From Felis catus (lineage: Eukaryota): DNA of 64,000 bases. The stretch is taken from contig NC_058368.1 of NCBI RefSeq assembly GCF_018350175.1, positions 114,516,001 through 114,580,000 on the forward strand, read 5' to 3'. Below, in pieces: positions 13,383 through 24,234 of this stretch (positions are counted from its first letter, which is position 1; each line of letters begins with the position of its first letter). The position numbers were made by a program, and so were the translations under genes. The notes beneath the pieces are model-generated. The model saw only the letters and a program-made list of their open reading frames with translations, was not told the DNA's origin and searched no databases.

Positions 13383-14591
13383 CTGCATAAGAAAAATTAC
13401 ATTGGCTGGAGGAAGACAAGTGTCAGCAAGCCCTGCCAAAAACATTTCATCAGGTGAAGCCATGAATAACCCTCACAAAACACATTAAGTATAATCAAGG
13501 TTGATCCTATATCCTGACAATACAAATTATGGTTTGGATTTGATGTATGATATGCAGATTTGCTTTGGAGGATACTGATTTTATGGTCACAAGCCAAAGG
13601 AACGGAGGAAAAGGGGAGCCTGAGTAGGGAGGGGATGGTGAGATTTCCAAAAAGTGATTACAAGGACAGTGTCAAATCAAGAATAAGCTGATTAAAACAG
13701 CCAAAAGCATGGGTATAACTTAGTCAGTGTGAGAAAAGAAGAACAGCAGCTATCTTTTATAGATACTGACCTGGGGGAAAGGATGACGGGCAGGGGAAAG
13801 AAAAAGATGGCTAGAAAACACAATTCAGGGCACCTGGGTGGCTCATATAGTTAAGGGTCCAACTCTTGATTTTGGCTGGGGTCATGATCTCCTTCCTGGT
13901 CATGGGATGGAGCCTTGTATCTGGCTTGGTGCAGAGGCTGGACTCTGCTTGGGATTCTCTCTCTCTCCCTCTCTGCTCCTCTCCTACTTGTGCTCTTTCG
14001 CACATGCGCTGTCTCTCAAAATAAATAAATACACATTTAAAAAAAAAAAACAAGAAAAGAGAATTCGTTGAAGGGATTAGTTAGAGAACGATCTTGGTGA
14101 TTAGGTGGCTCTGTCGAGCCCAGTTTCAACTTAGAACTGACTGAAGGCCGGAGGCTCAGACAAAAAGGCCCATGGCTTTCTCAGAACATGGGCTAAGAAG
14201 CTTGACTAAGGGAGAAATAAGAAGAAATTAAGTAAACCCATACATGAAGCCATGCACAGAGTATGTGAACAACTTATATACATAATCTGTTTAAAAAAAT
14301 AGCCCTAAATTCCCAAACTACACTAATAGAGATTTTTGCCCTTAAACCAATCAACTGAACATGAGGAATAATGATGATCTGCTCTGGAAGACATGGAGCT
14401 AGGTGTCTGTTCCAGGGTCAAATCTTAAAGATAAAAAACAAACCATAAATAATTTTTTGCCTTATAGTGAAGCAATTTGATTGTCTGCATACTGAGGGAT
14501 AACAGTTCTGGGTCTCATAATGATACTGATGAGTTGCTCCCCTCACAGGGAGAAAAGTACTAATGTATCTGGGTTTCCATTTAACACTTAC

Positions 14592-14681
14592 ATTTTCTTT
14601 ATTTGTGGGTGAGCTACATACTGCATCTTTCTTCCTGTTGCCACAGTCCAAAACATTTGGAGTGCTACAAAGCAGCTGTGC
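14592..14681 (-). CDS. CDC25C: CDC25C coding exon ([30 protein letters not shown]), with STP site and KEN box
   Basis: gtAG|...|GTAAGT, 90 nt, phase 0-0. Confidence 0.95.
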
Positions 14682-14796
14682 CTACAAGAGAACATTTTCT
14701 GAGAACATCCAGCATCCTTGAGCCACAGGTGAGGTGGAAAGCCTCTGCCTACCACCTGAGAAACAAACCCAAACCCAAGAAATAGATGTTACTCAC

Positions 14797-14830
14797 TGGG
14801 CTGCATTTTGTAAAGTGCTGGTGATGATTC
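14797..14830 (-). CDS. CDC25C: CDC25C coding exon (NHHQHFTKCSP)
   Basis: ttcAG|...|GTGAGT, 34 nt, in frame. Confidence 0.92.
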
Positions 14831-16502
14831 CTGAAGATCAAAAAAAGTGCTAGTCAGTAAACCCCAAATACTGTTTAGTTATTCCTCAATGGCTTGTGGC
14901 ATCCCAACTTTTCCTTTTTTCCACTCTAGGAGCCCTATATCTAGTTGATATGTCTCCATACAATATGTAAAGTGCTCTCTGTGGCAAATATGAAGATGTT
15001 AAGTGACATCCTGGGGATAAGGCCCTCATAACCATATATAGAGATATCCATTAAAGATGATGAGCTTGTCCTACATCTTATGTAGACCAAATTTACTAAT
15101 TTTCCAGCATTGACTATTGGGAGCTAATACTTATTTTTTATGAATTATTATCCCTACTGCCAAGATTTTATCCAGTTTGCATGAGTTAGGATTTTTAAAG
15201 CAAGTCAAATAAACTACAAGCAATCTAAAGTGAAATTTTCACATGTATTATTAAAAACAGTGGAAGGGCAGGGCGCCTGGGCGGCTCAGTCAATTAAGTA
15301 TCTGACTTCGGCTCAGGTCATGATCTCTTGGTTCATGAGTTCAAGGCCCACATCAGGCTCTGTGCTGACAGCTCAGAGCCTGGAACCTGCTTTGGATTCT
15401 GTGTCTCCCTCTCTCTCTCTGTCCCTCCCCTGCTCACACTCTTTCTCTGTCTTGCAAAAATAAATAAAATGTTAAAAATTAAAAAAAAAAAAAAAAAAAA
15501 AACAGTGGAAGGGCGGTTGGTGGGCTCAGTCAGTTAAACGGTTAAACAACTGATTCTTGATCTCAGCTCAGGTCATGATCCCTTGGTTGGTGGGATCGAA
15601 CCCCGTGTCAGGCTCTGCCCTGGCAGTGTGGAGCCTGCTTGTGATGCTCTCTCTTCTTCTCTTTCTGCTCTTCCCCACTCTTACTCTCTCTCTCCCTCAA
15701 AAATAAACATTAAAAAAACTGTTAAAAAAAAAGTCTTAATAAATTAATTAATTCAAAACTAATTAATTAAATTAATTATTTAAATCAATAATTAATTAAA
15801 ACTAATAGGTTTAATTAATTAATTAAAAAACAGTCATGGAATGCTCTCACTAGTGTCCTAAAGTAGCTCCTAATTCACCTAAACATAGAAGGATAAAGTT
15901 CTAAAAAGATTAAAAGAGTCAAATGGAAACCTTACAATAAGTTTAAGAAGTTAATGAGTTGAATTGAAATAACTTCATTCCTGGAGCATTCCCTGATTGA
16001 ATATTTTAAGATGTCCAACAAAGAGTCCCCATGAATAACAATACTAAACATTATAAAATAGTTCATACGTGCTAAATTCCATCCTTACAAGAGCAGTGAT
16101 GAAAAGTATTATTATTATGTCTATTGTTATTTATTACAAATGAAGAAATTGAGGTCCAGTGAAGTTAAGAAAATCTTCAGAATCACAGTTGGTGAAATAG
16201 TAAGCCACTGGAATCCAGATGCTCTAACACTGCACTATTCACATGCAGGAAACAGCTTAGGCCTAAACGCAATATACCCTTTCCTTCATTTTTAAAGATA
16301 ATACGGGTTGTATGGAATGGTTAAAATGAACTATTTAGATCTGAGCAACTTAAAAAATCTTTCCAGTGAGGGACTGAGGCTTTCAAGCCAACTTATACCC
16401 AAAGTAAAAGGTTCTACATACTGCAGAGATTGCACAGGATAAAATTCCTGTGCCAGAGCTGAAAAGGCTTCAGCATGGGGTTCATTTAGCAAAAGAACTT
16501 AC

Positions 16503-16548
16503 ATCCCAGCTAAATGTATGTCCTGAGGTCCTTTAGATTCCAAGTGGC
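16503..16548 (-). CDS. CDC25C: CDC25C coding exon (GHLESKGPQDIHLAGM)
   Basis: ttgcAG|...|GTAAGT, 46 nt, in frame. Confidence 0.93.
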
Positions 16549-17634
16549 CTGCAATCAAATGTGAAGAGTTAATCTTGTCCACACATCCTGTCTTTCCTTC
16601 TCATTTTTTTCATTGCCAGTAAGCCACATTAATTTCAAAAGCTGATGTTTTGAATGCATGGGCTCCTGATAGGTACCAATTTTATGGTACAAGGTACAAG
16701 TTCATGAAAACTTAAGAATTTATATATGTTACTTAAGAATTTATGCAGGAAATACTGCAGGACAGTAATGAACAGAGATTTTTTTCATGGGTAGGAAATA
16801 ATGCTGATTACTCAGGAAATAGACCATTTATTCTGAAAATAGAACAAATACTAAAATGGCCGACTAGTGGGGTGCCTTGGTGGCTCAGTCAGTTAACTGT
16901 CCAACTCTTGACTTAGGCCCAGGTCATGATCTTATGGTTCTTTAGTTTGAGCCCGAATTAGGCTCTGCGCTGACAGCGTGGAGCCTGCTTGGGATTCTCT
17001 GTCTCCTTATCTCTCTGCCCCTCTCCTGCTTGCTCTCTATCTGTCTCAAAATAAATAAAAATAAACTTAAAAAAAAAAGATCGACTAGTGGGGCACCTGC
17101 ATGGCTCAGTCAGTTAAGTGTTGGGGACTTTGGCTCAGCTCATGATCTCACAGTTTGTGGGTTTGAGTCCCACATCAGGCTCTCTTCTGTCAGCACAGAG
17201 CCTTCTTTGGATCCTGTCTCGCTCTCTCTCTCTGCCCTTCCCCAGCTGGTGAGTGCTCATTCTCTCTCCCTCTCAAAAATAAACAAACATTAAAAAAAAT
17301 TATTGACTAGTAAAACATACTCCTTTTGGGCTCAGGCCCTACAAAACCACAAGAATTAGTTAACAAAGTATTTCTTTATGTTTCTTTGCCTTTGCTGAGA
17401 TTATACTAGAGCATAAAACTTCCCATTTTAACTACTACTTTCATTCCCATCATCAATCAGTTAACAAAATATTCCTTCTTGTCTAAATTTTTCAAATGCA
17501 AAATGACTCCTATTTATGTTATTACATTTCTCTTCTTGGCTTATCATTCTCAAAAATTCCCTAGGTACCCACAGAATTTCAACTTCAAGGATCTTTACCT
17601 CCGTTAAAAAAAATTTTTTTTAATGTTTATTTAT

Positions 17635-17680
<46 letters not shown>

Positions 17681-17955
17681 CTCAGAGTGTGAGCAAGGTA
17701 GGGGCAGACAGAGAGGGAGACACAGAATCTAAAGCAGGATGAAGGCTCTGAGCTGCCAGCACAGAGCCCGATGTGGGGTTCGAACTCAGGAACCATGAGA
17801 TCATGACCTGAACCGAAGTCGGATGGGCTTAACCGACTGAGCCACCCAGGCGCCCCTCTACCTAATTTTACCACCTTCCATCTCTATCTGACTACCCTGT
17901 TTTCTCCCTTAGAAGTTATTCTTTTCCTTGAGGCCTTTACCTCCCTTCTCCTTAC

Positions 17956-18053
17956 CTGTTTCATCAAGGTCTGCAGAAGTGGTAAGCTGACTGGCAGACA
18001 TCTCCCCACCACTGCTAAGATTGGAAAGATCAAGGCAACATTTTGGGGTTCCT
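17956..18053 (-). CDS. CDC25C: CDC25C coding exon ([32 protein letters not shown])
   Basis: AG/GT bounded, 98 nt, frame-continuous with its neighbours. Confidence 0.95.
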
Positions 18054-19416
18054 CTGTTGAGACATAATAGTACAGCAAGATTCCCATTAAGTTGTAATAA
18101 CCTTGAAAGGCAAAGATCACATTATCCTCTTCATCTGAAACACCCCTCAGGAACCTTTTCTCTACTCCAATAATTTGCATCTCATTTCCTCCTCACCAAC
18201 ATATTGAGACAAGTAATTTTTTTTCAAATTGAGGACCAAACATTATTGGCTGAGGTGGGTCTTGACCCCACATCTTTTGCCCTACGCACTGTGCGTACAT
18301 AGATTTAGTTTCTCCCTGGAGTCTCTAGTACTTCTCAGGTCTATAACTCTCCAACTAGCCGAGGCATCAGAGCATGGCATGACCAGAATTTAAAGTACAA
18401 TAATAATAACACTAATATTAATACAAATAAAAATACCAACTCCTATAACACAATAGAGTTTTCAAAGACTTTTCCCAGACATCACATCATTTAATTCTCA
18501 TAAGATCCTAGTAAGATAGGAAGAGATTGTTATTTCTATGTCACAGAAAAGAAGCCTGAGGGTCAAGAGTCACACTGTTACTGAAGGGCAGGGTTTAAAA
18601 CTTAAACCCTGATCTTTGAGTCACAATAATTTTTTAAAAATGTTTTTTTAGTATTTACTCATTTTTGAGAAAGAGAGAGAGGGGCAGAGAGAGAGGGAGA
18701 CACAGAATGAGAAGCAGGCTCCAGGCTCTGAGCTGTCAGCACCCACAAACCTTGAGATCATGACCTGAGTCAAAGTCAGACACTTAACTGACTGAGCCAC
18801 CCAAGTGCCTCCTCCCCACTTTTTTTTTTAATGTTTATTTATTTTTGAGAGAGAGAGAGAAAGAGAGAGTGTGGGGGAGGGATATGGAGAGAGGGAGACA
18901 CAGAATCTGAAGCAGGAGCCAAGATAATTTTTTAAAAACCCCAAGGCTGTGCCTGGGTGGCTCAGATGGTTAAGCCCCCAACTCTCACTTCATGATCTCA
19001 CGGTTTTTGAGTTCCAGCCCTGCATGGGGCTCTGCACTGACATCACAGAGCCTGTTTGGGATTTTCTCTCTGCTCCTCCCCTGCTCATACTCTCTCTATC
19101 AAAATAAATAAATAAACTTTTACGATAAACAAACAAACAAACAAATAAATAAATTGGGGCACCTGGGTGGCTCAGTCGGTTGAGCAACTAGCTTCAGCTC
19201 AGGTCATGATCTCAAAGCTGGTGAGTTCGAGCCCCACATCAGGCTTGCTGCTATCAGCTTGTGCCGGCTTCAGATCCTCTGTCCCCCTCTCTCTCTGCCC
19301 TTCTCCCAGTTGCTCACTCTCTCTCAAATATAAACTTTAAAAAAATAAATAAATAAATAAAAATCCCAAGGCTATTTGGAAAAGCAAAGGAGATAAGATG
19401 TAAAAGGTGGATTTAC

Positions 19417-19610
19417 CCAGACAAAACACTTAGGTTTGCAGAATCGCCAAAGAGTTTGTTCACTGGAGTTCTAGGGAGATCTGGACAGGTGGTAAAGGAG
19501 GTGTCTCTCTCCAAGAGCAGGTTTAATATCTTCCTCTGACTGGACCTAAAACTGGGTCCTGAGCCAGGATGTACATCCTCTTCTGCAGATGAAATCAATT
19601 CTGCAGACAT
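19417..19610 (-). CDS. CDC25C: CDC25C M-phase inducer phosphatase 3, first coding exon (MSAELISS...PRTPV...ANLSVLSG)
   Basis: Acceptor ttcctcAG at 19618-17, ATG at 19610, donor TGG|GTAAAT. 194 coding nt. Recognisable CDC25C N-terminus including the TP site equivalent to T48. Confidence 0.96.
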
Positions 19611-19846
19611 GGCCTCCTGAGGAAAAAAAAAAATAACACCTACCTAAGAGGTGAACATCATCTACATAGGTCCCTCACAGGCTGTCCAGTTTTCACAACC
19701 TCCTCCACCCTTTCCAGCAGCAGCCCAGTGGCTCAGTACTGGAGAAAGGACATCCCTAGCATCACAACTAGGCATGAAAGTTGAATCCCACTTGCCCCAA
19801 GCACCTTGACCTTTTTCTTGGAGCCGAACTTATCTAGAGGCAAACG

Positions 19847-19883
<37 letters not shown>

Positions 19884-20179
19884 TAAGCTGTACACCTAAA
19901 GTGGGGCATGAACTCGCGAGAACAGTTCCACATTCCATTGACTAAGCCAGCCAGGCAACCCAAAACCAGGACTTCATTAAAAAAGGAATGAGGGGCGCCT
20001 GCATGCCTCAGTCCGTTAAGCTTGGGGCTCTTGATTTCAGCTCAGGCCATGATCTCATGATCTCACGGGGGTGAGATCGAGCCCCTCCAGGGCTCTGCCC
20101 TGGGCCTGGATCCTGCTTATGATTCTCCATCTCCCTCTGCCCTTCCCCCTTCCCCGCCCCCCCGACTCACCAGCTCTCG

Positions 20180-20318
20180 AAGGAAAAAAAGGGAGAAAGG
20201 GATGAAAGAGAGAGACAGAGAGAGAGGAAAAAAGAAAGAAAAAAAGAAAGAAAAGAAGAGAAAAAGAAGAGAAGAGAAGAGAAGAGAAGAGAAGAGAAAA
20301 AAGAAAAGAAAAGAAAAG
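20180..20318 (+). repeat. Near-homopurine (GAAAA/GAGAA)n tract
   Basis: About 140 nt of almost only A/G, extending a SINE tail. Confidence 0.9.
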
Positions 20319-20493
20319 GCTTTCACTTATTCGGGGGCCACACAGCTAGTGACTACTGACAGGAAAGAATTCGGGTCTCCTAACTCACGATAATGCTTAT
20401 TAAATCCCCTGAAGTTCTGTTTGTAGAGCCCCCACTGGACCCTGGGGGACGCTGAGGTTTCCGTGATACCGGTGGAGAGGGTTCCCGGCTTAC

Positions 20494-20690
20494 CTCAGAT
20501 TGGAGCCAGAGATTCACCTTCAGGAAAAACAAAGGTGGGGAGTCAGTCACAAGCGAAGACTTGAGCAGAATTAAAGGAAATCTGACGAAAGGAGTCAATT
20601 AACCAGACTACGATTCCGCTTCTAGACTGGATAGGCCGAGAGGACCGAAGTTACAGCCACAGTGCAAGAATATCAACAGTCACAGGGCCT
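20494..20690 (-). other. CDC25C: CDC25C non-coding exon 1 (5'UTR); 5' end approximate
   Basis: Lies directly downstream of the CDE/CHR on the - strand. Donor GAG|GTAAGC after 20494, with an alternative donor AAG|GTGAAT after 20518. Resembles the human CDC25C 5'UTR as recalled; no upstream ATG. Confidence 0.65.
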
Positions 20691-20695
20691 GGCTA

Positions 20696-20710
20696 TTCAA
20701 ACCTTCCGCC
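20696..20710 (-). promoter_or_regulatory. CDE/CHR tandem element of the CDC25C promoter (GGCGG-aagg-TTTGAA), DREAM/MuvB site
   Basis: Canonical CDE, 4-nt spacer and CHR on the - strand, immediately upstream of exon 1. Confidence 0.92.
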
Positions 20711-20751
20711 TCCCCAGTAAACCTATCCCATTCACTTCAAGACTGCGTCAG

Positions 20752-20954
20752 CCAATCTGCGCCCGCGCGCGCCCAGACTCCTTTGGCCAATCGTTTGGCT
20801 CTACATCACTAGGCGTGACCTTGCTTTGGAAGGAACACAATTTGCCCCGCCCCTCAGCCAGAGCAGGATGCCGATTGGCCAGGGTTCAGTAAACCGCTAG
20901 GTAAGCCCCGCCCCCCGAGTGCCTGGCACACCATTGGTTCTCCCTCTGGCCAAT
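20752..20954. promoter_or_regulatory. Cluster of NF-Y CCAAT boxes and GC boxes; bidirectional promoter core
   Basis: CCAAT at 20752, 20787 and 20950; ATTGG at 20874 and 20933; CCCCGCCCC GC boxes near 20845 and 20906. Confidence 0.8.
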
Positions 20955-21165
20955 CTCCACACCCTTCCTGAGCACTCTATTCCCTTAGCCCTTCCAACCC
21001 CGGGAGATTTAAACTGGACTTCGGTAGCGAGTACTGGTCTTTAAGATAATACCTGGAGAGAGTTGTTTGGGTGACAGGGTGTTTTAAACTTTTCTTTCCC
21101 CTTGCTTCTTTCTTGTGTCGTTACTTGGGCCTTTTCATCTTCGTTTTTCTTGCCTTCCGTTGGAG

Positions 21166-21209
21166 ATGGAGCATTTGCCACCGGTATGGCAGATGTTGAG
21201 GCGAGACAG
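21166..21209 (+). CDS. SLBP2: SLBP2-like gene, putative first coding exon (MEHLPPVWQMLRRD)
   Basis: Strong Kozak gagATGG and donor CAG|GTGTGT. Phase 2 matches the next exon. This is the least certain exon of the model. Confidence 0.55.
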
Positions 21210-21594
21210 GTGTGTGTATTTATGCTACATTTATGTATTGACCCCTTCCAATAGCTTTCATTGTTTCCAGTTCCTTTTAGAGCTCAGCATTTCTGAGACT
21301 CTAGGTTATGCAGGATAAAGGAAATTCCTTTTCAGGGAAAACAGGGGAATTAAATCATCTCTTGGTATAATCCTTATCACAGTCCAAAGGATCCCAAGCT
21401 TTGGCCGTTTATGGAAATTTGAACATTGATAGGTGATACTAAGAATTTATTCTTAATGTTGGGGATTTGAATAATCCTGCGGGAGTGGTGGTGGGTATAG
21501 ATGGTGGGTGGTGGGTATAGACGAAACAAGATTTGCCATGAGTATTAAGCAATGGGTAACTGGGGGTACATTATATCACTACTGTCAAAGTTTA

Positions 21595-21720
21595 ATCATC
21601 TGGGGATCTTGTTAAAATGCAGGTTCTGATTCAGTAGGTCTGGGTTGGCGTCCAAGATTCTGCATTTCTAACAAGCTGATGCTGATGCAGCTGGTCCTGA
21701 GACCATACTTTGAGTAGCAA
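21595..21720. mobile_element. MER5A-like hAT relic in intron 1 of the SLBP2-like gene
   Basis: cttgttaaaatgcaggttctgattcagtaggtctggg...tgcatttctaacaagct...gaccatactttgagtagca. Confidence 0.75.
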
Positions 21721-22048
21721 AACATTATGGCATGCTCTTCTCTATTTTTGAAATTTTCTACACACACAAAAAGATGTTCAAAATAACTTGGAAGCTCTTT
21801 GAATGCAAGCTCCTTAAAATGATGAATCAATAAGTAGAGAGTGGGGCCTAGGAATTATCAACGCACTACTCATGCTGGTGGTTTGCAAATCACATTCTGA
21901 GAAACAAGTAAGCAATGCAACAGTTCAGCCACAAACACAACCTTTATCCGGTGTCCACATCTTGGTGGTGGTAGTTGCTAAGAAGTACAGCATAGTCAGC
22001 TGGGTTTTATCCTAATACCCTTTTCATATGGAGAATCTGCTTCCCCAG

Positions 22049-22129
22049 AAAGGAGGTATGTGAAGAGTCTTTGTTCTCTGGGATTGAGATGGTGAGTGTG
22101 GGAGTCAGCACAGAGCCCTGCCATGCTAG
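22049..22129 (+). CDS. SLBP2: SLBP2-like coding exon (KEVCEESLFSGIEMVSVGVSTEPCHA)
   Basis: ttccccAG|...TAG|GTGAGT, 81 nt, phase 2-2, open frame joining the RNA-binding-domain exon. Confidence 0.75.
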
Positions 22130-22240
22130 GTGAGTTTGAAAAACAGACTAGGGGTTAAGGGAGTGTGTGTGGGATGAGTTGGTTTTTACTTTGAAAACCA
22201 TAATCACACTTCATGGGACCATTGTATACTTCCCCTGCAG

Positions 22241-22345
22241 GTGGGAGGTAGAGACAGATGAAGTTGTTCTACAGCGGCGGCAAAAACAGATAGATTATGG
22301 CAAGCGCACACCTGGTTACCAGTGTTTCCTGCAGCAGGTCCCCAA
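22241..22345 (+). CDS. SLBP2: SLBP2-like RNA-binding domain, first half ([35 protein letters not shown])
   Basis: ccctgcAG|...|GTGAGT, 105 nt. SLBP-family signature ETDE..L.RRQKQI.YGK.T..Y. Confidence 0.93.
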
Positions 22346-22972
22346 GTGAGTGCAGTTGTGCGGGGTCACAACAAGCATGTCAGCTAAGTGGCTTTGGTTC
22401 AATGTAGGGTGATGGAAAGATATTAGAATATGAATGCTCTCACAAAGTCTCATCATTACTAAAACTAAGTCTCCTGAAATGTAGCCCCTAAATAAATTTT
22501 CAAGACTTTTTTTCAAATGGAACAAATCCTACTTGGCCCATGAGACTTTCAAAAGCTCAATCCATGTTTGCTAATGAAGTTTTTCTTTCCAACCATTTTT
22601 ACTTCATACCGCCAGCTGACTTCACTAATTACAACATACTTGCCTAATTACATGTAAGTTTCCATGCATACGGGCAAACTAAATGTATAAAGAGGTAGTA
22701 TGTATTTTAAAGGGATGTCAGATACTGTCTTTTATATCTATCTTGACTTCTGAGGGAGTTGGAATATCTAAATTACCCTTGCCAGAAGAATATTAGGAAT
22801 TTAGGAAGTTTGGTGCTTAATCCCAACTGAAGATTTATTTTTTCTATTGAATTGCGGGCATTGATCCTACCTGACTCTTAAGAAATCCTAATGAGTCTCC
22901 TAATTCACTGTGATAAACTGACCTGTGCCCCTTCCCCCTGATCTGAGTCTGAAACATATCTGTCATTGCCAG

Positions 22973-23125
22973 GGCAAAGCGACAGCCAGGACTTCACCCT
23001 CAAACACCAAATAAGAACAGGAGGTACAGCCGTCGCTCGTGGGATGCCCAAATCAGGCAGTGGAGAAGAGCTCTACATTCTTGGGACCCCCCCAGCCAGC
23101 CTCTGCAGGGCCGGGGGGCTGAGGG
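22973..23125 (+). CDS. SLBP2: SLBP2-like RNA-binding domain, second half ([40 protein letters not shown]...)
   Basis: ttgccAG|...|GTGAGT, 153 nt. HPxTPNK, YSRRSWD and LHxWDPP SLBP motifs, in a frame the ORF track does not show. Confidence 0.93.
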
Positions 23126-23267
23126 GTGAGTGCATTATTCTTGGTTTCTTGTTTGAGTGGTGGACTGAGCCCCACCTCTCCTTACTTTGCAGGGGTTTAG
23201 CTTTTAATGGCTGAAAAGGGAGAGTCTGAATGAGGTGCATGTTCCTCTGACTCTGCTGCATTCCTAG

Positions 23268-23388
23268 GCAGGGGATGGAGCATCTCTTAGAGCCAATGGG
23301 TTCCACCCCTTTGGATGACCTTTTGGATGACTGGTTCCAGGCCCTGGAACCCTCAACGAATCTGGATGGAGACCAGAAGGGAGCCCAG
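23268..23388 (+). CDS. SLBP2: SLBP2-like coding exon (QGMEHLLEPMGSTPLDDLLDDWFQALEPSTNLDGDQKGAQ)
   Basis: ttcctAG|...CAG|GTAGTC, 121 nt, phase 2-0, open. Confidence 0.8.
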
Positions 23389-24234
23389 GTAGTCTTCTAT
23401 CCACCTATCTTCTACCTGTCTTCTAAATCCCACTGGTGCACTGTTAGAGATGGAGTCTGGCCTATGAGGTGACAATTAGCATGGGGTTCAAGGTAGTAGT
23501 CCAAGAATGAAAGAAGGAAAATGGAGCAGCAAGAAAAAATAGGACATGAATAAAAAACACTGAGAACTAAAGGTGGCATAAGGAGATTTAATTATAGTTA
23601 GTAATGGCAGGGAAGTTGGGCTGCACTGGGGGCTATCTTATACTTGATGAAAGGGGTATAATCTTCCTTGGAATTGAGGCCTGAAACCTGACGTGGAGGA
23701 TTTGGGTGTTTGTTTTTTTCAAGTGTCTCATTTTATAAATGTTTTGCATATGAGCCAAAGCTAACTTCTTATTCTCAATCATTGAACTTTATTAAAGCAT
23801 TGTTAATAATAAAAGGATAATAAATAACAAAATTATAAAAGGATAATAAATAATAAAAAAAGGAGGATCATCAAGTGGTGAAGACCAAGGACTTTAAAGC
23901 ATCAAGGACTGCTCTGTAATATTACCTTTGCCTACCAGATGGGCAGTCACTTAATCTCTCCAACCATTTCATCTGTCAAATAGAGACATTTGCTCATTTC
24001 ATGATTCTAAGCAAAAATGAGAATACTTTTTTAAAGTATGTAGCACGGTGTCTGGTACATAATAAGTGCTCCACAACAGTAATTACTGGAAACCATGTCT
24101 CCTATACTTCATGGCCTTGTTCCCTCTTTTGCCAAGGGGAAATGTGCAGGGCAAGGGAATATGCAGTGCATCTATCTTCCCTCCACCCCTATTTTCTTGA
24201 TAAATCTCACTTTCTCTTCACTCTTCTTTTTCAG

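Larger units (their letters stand above)
15271..20190. mobile_element. Dispersed SINEs in the CDC25C 5' introns (15271-15730 x2 +, 16869-17300 x2 +, 17605-17855 -, 18640-19360 cluster, 19850-19962 -, 19991-20190 +)
   Basis: Can-SINE heads and tails. Confidence 0.88.

Noticed and set aside
21115..21318. 67-aa ORF, and candidate mini-exons at 21271/21281-21304, as part of SLBP2
   Set aside because: The ORF is read-through of the exon 1 donor. Both candidate acceptors give an in-frame stop (TAG or TGA) after the phase-2 junction.
22966..23214. 82-aa ORF MPGQSDSQ...
   Set aside because: Wrong frame and non-ATG start; the SLBP-domain frame overlaps it.
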